From Camelus ferus (lineage: Eukaryota): a DNA stretch of 64,000 nt. The DNA is taken from NCBI RefSeq assembly GCF_009834535.1, contig NC_045702.1, positions 1,612,001-1,676,000 of the forward strand. The letters are read 5' to 3'. Both the position numbers and the translations under genes were made by a program. The first letter of the stretch is position 1, and each line of letters begins with the position of its first letter. Shown here piece by piece: positions 25,801 through 36,599 of the stretch. Under the pieces are notes generated by a model. The model ran no database searches. It had not been told where the DNA came from and worked only from the letters and a program-made list of their open reading frames with translations.

Positions 25801-28800
25801 GTAAGTGAATTGTGTTTTAGAATTAAATGTACTAAATGAAGAAGTAAATACCAGTCTTGTTGAGCTAGGAAAACGAGGCTTCAACAGCCATTTTACTGGA
25901 TTGTAAAAAGTTTAATAATAGCCTCTTGTTAATATTAATAATGTTTTTACAATACTACTAATAGTGTCACATATTAAGTTGTTCCACACGTCCACAGGGA
26001 GGAAGTCGTCCTTTGACCTTTGAGTGCTTTGGTAGTATGTGCAAAGTTGGTGGGGTACTCTTCTGTTGAATGAACGAGCCTGATGCAATAGCTATTACTC
26101 CTTTCTTAGGCTGTCTCACTTAGTGTAAAGCATGACAGGAAATTCTAAAAACCTTAAAATGTATCTCGTTGTGAAAGTGTTTCACATCCAGTGTTTTCAG
26201 GAGAGTGGCATGTTATACTGCTCCCCCGGATAGGCAGATCCCCAGGGTACTGTGACTTACTGCTGTTAGGTGAATGTGGGAGGGTCAGAGGTGGGCAAAA
26301 CAGGAGACTGCGAGAGCAGCTTAAACAGTTGGTCCAGACGTTACAAATGCTAGTAACTCCGTCTGTCCTTGAACATAACGACTTAAAGTGAAGGGAACAG
26401 CATTTCTGTTTACAGCTTGCTGAGCTCTTTGCTGTAAAAGCTTGGAATATACTGCAAGGATTTCAGGTGACTTTTTGGGTGACTTTTAAACATGACAAAA
26501 TGAGTTCTAGTGTTGCGTTTTATAGACATTGTTCACCTTTTAATTCTTAGGAGGCTTATTCTTACTCACGCTGTGACGCGTGGAGTGAGTGTGCCCGTGT
26601 GTCTTGTCAGGTAGTGCGCCAGCTAAGTGGAGCGGCATGGGGAGCTGCCAGCTGAGTGTGATCGTTACTACGGTTTCTCACGTAGCTTCTTGTGCTTCTT
26701 AGGGACGCAGTTGTTTCGGGTGTAACATTTCGATAGTTCTTCTGATTTTAAGCCTCAGGTATAGCGTGTTTTTGACCTGTACATTGAAGGGTGCCGTGAC
26801 AGAATCACTGAGAGGCGACACGTGCGTTGTTTTAGTGGGCTCATTTTTCTGTTTTCCATATATTCTTCCATGCTTTAACAGTCTGCTGCTGGGAACTAAC
26901 AGTTGGTTTTGTATTTAGTCTCATGCACTAAATTGTTTGTTGTATTTGGCGGTCAAACCGGCATTGAGAAAACTGGCTTTCCTATATTTGTTTTTTATAA
27001 TGGTGTTTTTAAACTATTTAAGTTACCCATGTAATGTGAAAGAATTATATAGTTTCCGTTTAAAAAGCTGTGTGTTCATAATTTCTTGAATAATTATAGG
27101 AAGTTTTATTGCTGAAAGGGATTTAGTTCAAACCCTCCTTTTATAAGGAGGAAACTGAGGTCCAAAGATATTAAGTGTTATTAAATTGTCTAAAAACCAC
27201 ATATGCACAATTGCAGAACCAGAACTGAGACCCAGGGGTTGCTTCTAACCTCCCCAAAGCATGCATGCTTTTTGCATGCCAGCACTGTGCAGAGCACAGC
27301 TAAAGCCAACAAGGTAGGTGACGTGGCCGGGACAAATAAGGTGAAGGAGCAGAGGGGACCGTGGCACGCTGGCAGAGGGAGGAGCCGGGAAGGGTTCTGA
27401 GTGGGTGTGCCAGGCGGTGGGAGGGTGAAGGGACAGCGGTCTGCAGGCTGACAGCCCAAGCTCTCGGAGAGCAGGGTGGGAGCATGACACACAGCCAGGC
27501 TGAGCTCATCGGAGCACTTGAGAAAGCAGTTTCTGTAGAATTTTGGAGCCTTTTGATGAGTATTCATTCATTTGACAGAGTTTCACCAAGCATTTCCTAA
27601 GTGGTAGTTGTCATGCTATTATAGGAGCTTGCTGGGGACAGAAATGAAAAGACATCACTTGCACTCAGGGGATGAGCAGAGGAAGAAGTCAGAAACGCAG
27701 GCAGAACCCCTGTGGCGGGTGGACTTCTGTGCAGCAAGCCGCGCCGGGAGGGGTGCCGAGCTTGGCCTGGGGAGCCCGGGGAGGCTTCCCAGGGGGAGTT
27801 AGCCTGCTCTTGCTCCGGGACTCGAGGGTGAGCTCCCAGGCCTGAGCACAGGCCGGGGTTCCAGCTGAACTGACGGAGTGGCTGGTACTCAGCTGCAGAA
27901 CAGAGAACGATGAGAGGTGGCTCGTCAGGGTCACATCCTGGAGGCCTGAGTCTCTACCAGATGGTGTACAGCAGGGAATCGGCAAAGGATTTTTGATAAG
28001 AATTTCTGCATCTACTTTTATTTAGGCAAATTTAGAGATAAATACACATGTCAGAATTTCAGCACGTCACAAGGGGAGTGAGCACGTGCACCACACAGTG
28101 CAAGACTGGTTTAGAGACATCACCACGCTGGCTCAGCCACGCGCCCGGCTCTGCTAAACCGAGCGCTTCAGTGTGTGTGTCCCTGCAGTTGCCGTGTTGG
28201 GGTTTGCTTTAATAAATACGCAGTTCTCCCTTCCCTGCCTCTGCCTCGTGCGATCTTACCGAGCAGAAAAGACCGGCGGCGAAGCTCAGTGTTAAATACA
28301 TTTTCATGTTCGGTATCAAAGTATGCTGCTTAGTTACACGTTCTGTGAAAACCTAGTTACTAGTTAGATTATTTTCAAAAGCACTGTGCAATGTGGACAC
28401 ACCCCTTGTCTCCAGATTATTTTCCTCCCTTCTTGTGAACTAACCAGCTAGAAAAGGGGCCTGGCCAAATCTGGAGCAGAGTTAGCACCCACCTCTAGAA
28501 TTAACCCTGGTCATGTGTCGCTATTCTCCGGTCCCCCTTACAGACTGCGGTCAAAGCGGGGAGTCAGCCTGGGGGTGGGGGGACACAGAAGGTAAGAGAA
28601 GCTGTTTTACACATACAGCTGTACAGGAGTTCTGCCCTCTAATTTTTTACTTCTAGTCTCTTTATACAAGATTAAAAGAATGCCTTTTCTAAGCGCATCT
28701 GTCTGTTTGTCTCCTCAAAATCTGTCAATGTCACCAGCTACACTTCATGATCTCAGAGGGGACTGACATGTTGAGTGATTGTAGGGTGTAGTCGACGTGA

Positions 28801-29059
28801 CCATTCCAGTTAATTCCCAGACACAGCAAAGAGTCTAAAAAGGGGGGGAGAAGGCACAGCTCAGGATGGTTACCGTTTAGTAGACTTGGGCAGCTGGGGA
28901 ATGAAAGGAGTTGTAGAAACCAGATTCAAATGTTTGGTTTTTAACGCTCTCAAAGGAAGGAGGGAGACGGGTCGTGGCTCGGAGGAGACGAGATAGGATG
29001 ATTCTGCTGTTAGTGTGCTGATGGGGAGGGGCCCGGGGAGAGAGTGCAGGTACTAAGGT

Positions 29060-29240
29060 GAGAAAATTTATCTTTGGTGCCAGACTGCCTGGGCTAGTTA
29101 TGTCAGCTAGACCACAGGTTTTCTTTCTGTAAAATGGATGTAGTCATGATCGTTACCCTACTGTTTAATTTGGAGGATTGAATGAGGGGTGATTATTCAG
29201 GTCAGGCGTATAGGCCGGGGTTTAGCTCAGTCTGTGTCAA
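29060..29240 (+). mobile_element. MIR fragment
   Basis: GCCAGACTGCCTGGG...TTTTCTTTCTGTAAAATGG...GGAGGATTGAATGAG is the MIR core. Confidence 0.6.
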
Positions 29241-30109
29241 GAGCTTGGTGCATCTGACTGGTGGGTCTTCTAGAGGACATCCATGTGACGGGGATGGAGC
29301 ATTAGAAAGCAGCAAAGTACAGCAGAGTCAGCTCTTGATTACTCACATATTGTTATCTTTGGCAACTTTAAGATTCCAGGTGACTTTCCCCATTTTGAAA
29401 TGGCATGTAGTGAAGGAGAATTGAAACTGCCTGAAGAGAAGGTACGTCTAGACCCTGGGGGAAGTGTTTAGAGACCTTTCAAGTTGGGGAATCGTGGCAT
29501 GTTGTTTTATAATACTCACATTTTTCAGTTTTAAAATCAATTACTTGGAAGTTGCAAGGGTTATTGTTAACGTTGTACATTTAAGTCTAACTGTGTAAAG
29601 TGTGTGTCTGAGCCTTTCAGCGTTGTGCCTTCCTGTTGGGTCAGGCCACTCGGTAGCACTTGCACAGGTTCCGAACAGCGCTGGGGCAGATCTGGGCTGC
29701 TGGCCGCCTCGCTGTCAGGAACTCTGCTGCTCTGCCGGGGCGAGCAGCCCGCTGACGTCTGCAGCGCGCTTGCTGGCAAGCGTGTGTACTTGTGTGTATC
29801 CTTTAAGGCCCGTTGCTCACTGGTTCCGTCTGACACATCTGCTTCCAAGGGGACACTGAGGACACCTTAGAAAACACTTCTAGTTGGTAGATTCAGCGCA
29901 GTGACTTGCGTAACGACGAGCTTGTAACGCGGTGAAGTTAAACGTCCTTTCCCCTTCGGCCGCCCTCCTGGCGCTGTTTTACTGCAGCTGCGTCTGGTGG
30001 GCCCCTGACTAGCGTGTGGCCCCGCCAAGCCCCCACTGACTCCCCTGGGCAGTCGGTTTTAAAGCAGCCCCTTGCACACTGTGCCGGGACGCGGAAATTG
30101 GCCACTAGC

Positions 30110-30210
30110 CACGGCGGATGCAGAGCTTGAATTGAAAATCAAATTAAACAGAATTCTCTACTTAGTTTTTAATTAAACCACTATGTTAATTCAAACAGGC
30201 CGTTTCAGGC
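30110..30210. promoter_or_regulatory. Probable pre-ZRS (pZRS) conserved element
   Basis: Non-repetitive, homeodomain-motif-rich block (AAATTAAAC, TTTTAATTAAACC, GTTAATTC) about 0.8-0.9 kb 5' of the ZRS, where the human pZRS is described. The assignment is positional and from memory. Confidence 0.55.
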
Positions 30211-30979
30211 CTGGGGGGTTGACCATGTCCTTTCAAGGGCCTTAAGTCTCCTTTCTTCTCTGTGCTTACCGTGGTGTGTGTTTCTTTTTCACTAGGACCG
30301 TCTCCTCGCCATTCCCGTTCTTTATAATTCTCAAGAGTAGGAGAGTGTAAGTGGTTTTGGTAAAGCGGGTTTTTTTTGGGTTTTTTTTTGGTAAGAAGGT
30401 AACTTTTATCTTGGCATTCTTACATTCACAGTTAAATATTTCTCTCATTTAGATTGTTTCACTGTTACCTGCATATATTGTATCAGGCGTTACATGTTCA
30501 CGTGTGTGTGAACCTGACACCGTGCTTGCATCTTGTTTCAGCTCTGATAAAGAGGCTGCATCTGCGGGGTTTGGCTGTGTTTTGTGGTAGAGATGATTCC
30601 TCCACAGTTTTTATCTGGGTCGCTCGGTCATACACCAGAGGACAAGGGTCCGGGGGTTGACAGCACTCTGTTGCTGCTACATCTCAGATCAGCAGTGCGA
30701 GTTTCTCTCCCTACTCTGCCTCACAGAGACCTCTAGATTATCTGGGGTGATGTCAGAAGATGGTTTTCAGTTGCATAATGAACTCCGAAAGTAACCTCTG
30801 GCCAGGGTTTAGATGGGAGTTAGGAATGTGTTTGCTTCATATGGTATCTTAACATCTTACTTTGAATTTAAAAGACATGAGAAAAAAATTCAACAACTTA
30901 GTGAAAGTAAAAAAATCTCTTCAGTGACAGATTATTTCATAAACCAAAGATGTTTCTGGGAGTAACTTTATATTGTGCT

Positions 30980-31780
30980 TCACATTAATGCCTATCTTTG
31001 ATTTGAAGTCATGGCATAAAATTTAACATAAGTGACAGCAACATCCTGACCAATTACCCAAGCCATCCAGACGTCCCTAAATGTCCAGAACATAGCACAT
31101 GGTCTGTGGGATTAAGAGGTTAACTCCTATAACTTCAAACGAAGTGCTTGATAATAAAAGCAAAAAGTACAAAATTTGAGGTAACTTCCTTTCTTAATTA
31201 ATGAGACTGACCAGGTGGAAGCGGAGGGCTGGGTGCTGGTGCTCGGCAGGTCTATAAAGCTGAGCACCGTGACAGCACCATGGAGGAGGAACNNNNNNNN
31301 NNNNNNNNNNNNNNNNNNNNNNNNNNNNNNNNNNNNNNNNNNNNNNNNNNNNNNNNNNNNNNNNNNNNNNNNNNNNNNNNNNNNNNNNNNNNNNNNNNNN
31401 NNNNNNNNNNNNNNNNNNNNNNNNNNNNNNNNNNNNNNNNNNNNNNNNNNNNNNNNNNNNNNNNNNNNNNNNGAAGTCCAGCTCGGGCTCAGTGAGCTTT
31501 CATTGCGTTCTTTCATTATTTTTGCTCGTTTTTGCCACTGATCATCCATAAATTGTTGGAAATGAGTGATTAAGGAAGTGCTGCTTAGTGTTAGTGGCAC
31601 ATGCGCATATTTGGCATGTTTTTGTGGGTGAGAGGAAATCACGTACACAAAGGGAAACTCCTGCTGGGAACCTTTCAAGGAAATTTACCTTGGGTCTCGT
31701 TTTGATCTTGGTGTTTATTACAGAAAATGGAGTCATATCTCACCAACTATTGTTATGTGTTAATGTGATTTTCCCAACAC
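30980..31780. promoter_or_regulatory. ZRS (ZPA regulatory sequence, MFCS1), the long-range SHH limb enhancer in LMBR1 intron 5
   Basis: Lies in LMBR1 intron 5. Diagnostic blocks: TAATGCCTATCTTTGATTTGAAGTC, CAACATCCTGACCAATTA, GAGGTAACTTCCTTTCTTAATTA, CATAAATTGTTGGAAATGAGTGATTAAGGAAGTGCTGCTTAGTGTTAGTGGCACATGCGCATATTTGG and TTTATTACAGAAAATG. ETS cores at 31185-31190 (-), 31573-31579, 31633-31639 and 31678-31684. Posterior-HOX-type sites at 31015-31021, 31153-31159 and 31714-31721. Interrupted by N at 31293-31472. Confidence 0.97.
31293..31472. other. Gap of 180 N inside the ZRS core
   Basis: Run of n directly visible between GGAGGAAC and GAAGTCCAG. Confidence 0.99.
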
Positions 31781-32359
31781 CTTTAAGAAAAAAACCTCAT
31801 TCAGTAATTTATTAACAAAAGTCCTCTACCCTCCCACAAGTTGGGAGGACTAATTTTGTGCCTAGAAACAACATGGCTAAGAATGGTTATTTTCAAAACA
31901 TTTAATTCTGGTAGTGTTGTTATACGTGAGGTTCCTTTTGGAATTGTGCCTCTACTGTAAAACGCGGGGTTCTGGTAATGTACACGGAGCATTTCAGACA
32001 TTGAAGCTTGAAGTAGAGGATTGCAGAAAAAGACCATGAAAGGATTATTTTGAGGACAAGGTGCATTTGTTTCATTTAAAATTATTTGCGTTTATAAGGA
32101 TTTTGAATTAAAAATCATTTAGTTAATAAAATGACATTAATTTTGTCACTGTTCTTAGTACAATTGCCTGTTGGAGGTGACTGGATTATAATTTCAGTAG
32201 CAGTATCTGAACTGCTGTTGAACAGCACCTGTGTGTTTAAAACACACCACGCAGCTCCCGCATACTTTGTGATGGTTCCATACTTTGAACTGGACCGTTG
32301 TGCAGCACCTTCATCTTTGTCTCCAGTTATCTAAGGAGAGATTTCTGCTCTAAGGCTAG

Positions 32360-32560
32360 ACTGTCTCTTCATTTGTGTAATAGTATAGCAGCAAAACTAT
32401 AAGCTCTAGCATTCAGAAGGCCTGGACTTAAATCTTGACTCTTCTTTTTACTGACCTGGGGCTTTAGACACGTTTCTTGGGGTCTCCATCTGCATAATGG
32501 GCTGGCAGTACTCACTTGTCCTTGGGTAGCTGAGGGGCTTGATTACTTCACTTAACCTGT
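32360..32560 (+). mobile_element. MIR fragment
   Basis: GACTTAAATCTTGACTC...CTCCATCTGCATAATGGG resembles the MIR core. Confidence 0.55.
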
Positions 32561-35500
32561 TTGTACACCAGCAGGACGCAGTAGGAGCAGCGGTTGTTAG
32601 ATGCGTGAGTGTGCCAGCTGTGTGCCAGCTGGCAATCATCAGGAAGATTTGTGTAGGATTACACTTTACATGTGATAGCAAAATGAGGTAAGAAATTATA
32701 GTGGTGTTGACATAGTTGGCCTTTCAGTTTTCTTTTTGAAATAGAAATGATTTTATCTTATAACAGTATGGGTTGTAAAAAAGAGGTATTATGTTTAATA
32801 GGTAACTGAATTTCAAGCTTTATTTTATATGCTGATTAAATTACTAACTAATGTCTCATAATATGTTAAATGAGGAGAAGTTTTAGTAGGGAGGAAATAG
32901 AAAATCACCAGGTTCAGATTTTAAAGTAATTATACTTTCAATTAAACTGACCCTAAGACTTCTGATATTCATAAAACGGTTTTATAGATATAATTATTGC
33001 CATCGTTTAGAGTCTCTTTTCTAAAACTTTTTTTGGGGGAATTGAAAGTACCCACCCTTGGTTGGAATGAACTTTATTTGAAAGTAAAATTAAATGTCAG
33101 ATTAAACGCTGCCTGGAGAGCTGCCTGCATGATCATGATATGTCCCACAGCCTGTGGGACACGAGCTCACCCAGGATGCCAGGGTTTGGATTGTTAAAAT
33201 CTTCTATTTATTTGGCATTTAAACTCATATTTATTTGTCTATAAAATCGTTTATTCAGCACGTCACAGTGTTAATCTTCTGATCTCTATGAAATGTATGC
33301 CAGTGTAGCCGAAACTTGGTATCTGCTTTACAGCCCATTTATTTGGCCCACTTGGCCCAGAAATAAAAGTGGTGTGTTCAGACACAGCAGAGGCAATAGG
33401 ACTGCTCGACAGTTTTGACATCAGATAATATTTTGGTTGCAGTATATCTACTTTTCTTCAAAACTTAAGTCATTAATAGTTATATTACTTAAAAATTTAT
33501 TGGTTTGCACACTTTCTGTTAAGGAAAGGAGATTCTCATTTAGAAAGACAAGTTCTTACTGTTATAGAGTGATTGAATTTTAAAGCACTGAAGTGTTAAA
33601 AAATACATAAAATGTATGTTCTTTTAGTCAATAAAAATAAGATGAGCAGGCAAAAACAAAAAATAAGGCTACATCAATAATGGAAAAAGAATCAAATGTA
33701 CTGAAATGATCAGTGTAAAGGAAGCATTTCCTGAGTGATGGCTCCTGTGAGATCCAGTGTGTTCCTGTTATCTTTCCTAGAACACAAAGAAGAAATTTTA
33801 AGTTGTTTTATAATGCTGGATTTAAATACTTTTATACTTGCATATTTTAGTTGGGATTACTTGATATTTGATGTTTCTCGTTACATGTTAATTAATGACT
33901 ATTAAGTTTTATAAGCAGTCTTTTAAACTGACTTGTGAAGGACTTAAAATTTAAAAAAATCCTTTTTGAAGTATCAGAAAGATTTATTTGATCTCTTGAT
34001 GGTTTTTGCTTCCTTATTAAATGCCTAGAATTAAATGATATATCTGATTTAGTTTCTTAGAAGAATTTAATGAAGCACCTTATGCTGTGATAAGAACTTA
34101 CCACATAACTTCAATGCATACTGTGATTCAGTATTCTGAATAAGATTCCCCTTCTCCTTCTGTAATCACCTTGGTTCAGGTTTCATCACTTCTTACTTGG
34201 ATTGCTTAAACCACTGCCCATCTGTGTTTTCTACTTCCGGTTTTGTTCCCACACAAAGTAACCTCCACACCACCTTCTAGCATTGCTTTCTCAATAATGC
34301 TGCGTCTGTAACTCACCTCCATAAAATCTCCAAGGACCAAAACTGAACAGGCACAACGAAACTTAAATGCTAACTGGATAAGTGATTCCCCGGTTGGGGC
34401 AGGGAGGTGGTTACAAGGTGGTTCAGGACCACGGGTGCATTGAGGCTGGGAGCTGGCACTAAAGCCCCACTGAAAGCCCTGGGCAAAAGAGCATGCTTGT
34501 CTCCCAGACTCACACACGTACCCTGCCCATGGCAGAGGAGGGCTGTCAGCCTTAGTTCTGGGCAGACGTCTCCCCTGAGAGCTAGTCCACAAGCGTCTCC
34601 CTCCCAGGAGTTGGGGTTCAGTCAAAACCTGTATTGTTGGGAGACCCCAAGCCAAGAAATCAGCATAAAAGCTTTGTCAAAGCCTTATGCATCATGTTAT
34701 CATTTTAACCTAATGTATTGTTAACTAAATTAGAATTTGAAGTGTTTTATATAAATATATAATTAATGTTGGTTTTAGAAAGTTGACTTAATATAATTTG
34801 AGATACATAATATATACAAATTTTTGAGCTGATACTATTTATGACATGGGCTGTTTAATTACCTGTATATTAATTGCATGAGAAAACTCAAGACTTGACA
34901 ACAAACATAAAAGCAGGCCTAAACAAAACCTGATTTCATTTTATCCTAGCTTTTTTCCATTTTAAACTTACCCCCTTTCTTAGTAATTTGATATTGGTTT
35001 AGTTCTTAAGGTGTTACCACTCCTCCAAAGCCAAGGATGAATGACACGGTCTGCTCTGTTTTAGCTGCCTTTTCTGTGAGTTTTCCCCAAGAGCCAATAT
35101 TTTAATCTATCTGTAGTTAATTTTGTGACATGATTAAAAAGAGTGACTCTAAATACATTCTTCTCTGTTATTCTAAAGCATTGTATATAGTATTATTACT
35201 CAACAATTATTTTTTAATATTTTAAAATTCTTTTCTATAATCACATATATTTTTAGACTTTTTGCAGCGTGTAGTGCCTGGAATCACTGCTGTTTTCTTA
35301 CTTTTCTTACTGTCTTTTTATTTTTCTTAGTCTGTGATTTCCCCTGGGCAGTTCTCCATAGATTTGATCCTAGCTGCTTTCTCTCATTTCGGGATTTCTC
35401 AGAACTACTTCTCCGCTGATGGCTCCCTGTCTTCTAGCATAATTAATTCATGCAGTTAGTTCCTGTTGACCACTTATTGTATGCTGGGTACTGCTACAGC

Positions 35501-36599
35501 TGCTAGGGGCAGTGCAGATTGATTGGTTATTTATTATGTAATTTTCATGTCTTCTGTGGTTAAAAGAAAGTATGTTTATTAATCCGTCATCTTGAGCCGA
35601 TGTCCCTGATTCCTCTCTTTCTACCTGTTAGCTTTACCAGCCCTTTGTCTGGAACTCAGTTATTGTTAATTTGGGGACATTCTTTGCCCTTGGAGGCCTT
35701 GGAGGTCTGTAGTCCCTGCTTGTGTCGGCTCTGATTTCATCAGCAAGTAGGCGGCGCTGTCTTTTGACCTCTCCGCTTTAGCTCTGCAGCTGTTTTAGCC
35801 TCTCGTGGCCTTAGTGTTGTTTAAAGAAGATCTTTTCCAATCTACTGTTCAGAAATTCCTTATCAGCATTCCAGGATGATTCCTACAAATGTACAGGCCC
35901 TTTCTAAGTGCGTCTGTGTTCCAGGATCTTTAATGTTTAATCTCCCTAAGTCTTACTTGGCTTGGGTGAAGCAAACTCTTGAGGCTGATGATTTTGGCTG
36001 ATTCTCCTGTGCATCTTGACTTCTATCAGTTTTTCATTAATATTTTAATTATAATTTAAACAAGTTTAGAGAAAGCCAATTAACCCCACATTGTATTTTA
36101 TATCATTCCAAATTACCTGTCAACATTTGTACTTGGATTATTGTGTAATTATAATTAGTGTGTACATATATTTTATGTCCTTCTTACTTTAATAATTTAT
36201 TTTGTGTACATAAGTTTTCTAGTGCCAGGAAAAATTGTCCAAGACTTGGAAATGGGCAGAAGAGATCCTGGGTATGTATGAGTGGAGTGTTGGGCCCTGT
36301 CTAGTGGGTGCCCTGTCTGGGGAGTATCTGATCCTATAGGGGGGTGCAGTTTTGGCTGATTTTCTGTTGACTTGGCTATAATACATCTACTTAGGGTTAG
36401 AGTTAACTTGTAGGAAACTGAGAGCAATGCAAATTAATTTTGTCTGGTAGAGATATAATTGATTTCTTCCCTGTACAAAAGATAGCTCCAAACATTTCAT
36501 TTTATTGTCCCACAGGGTATTATCCAGTTTTGCATCTGTTAGTAAATTGATTTTTAATATTTCTGGTTATCTAAGCTCTTCAGATTCTCCTTTGACCTG

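Noticed and set aside
31127-31678. Track ORFs over the ZRS
   Set aside because: They are inflated by translation of the N-run. The element is a non-coding enhancer.
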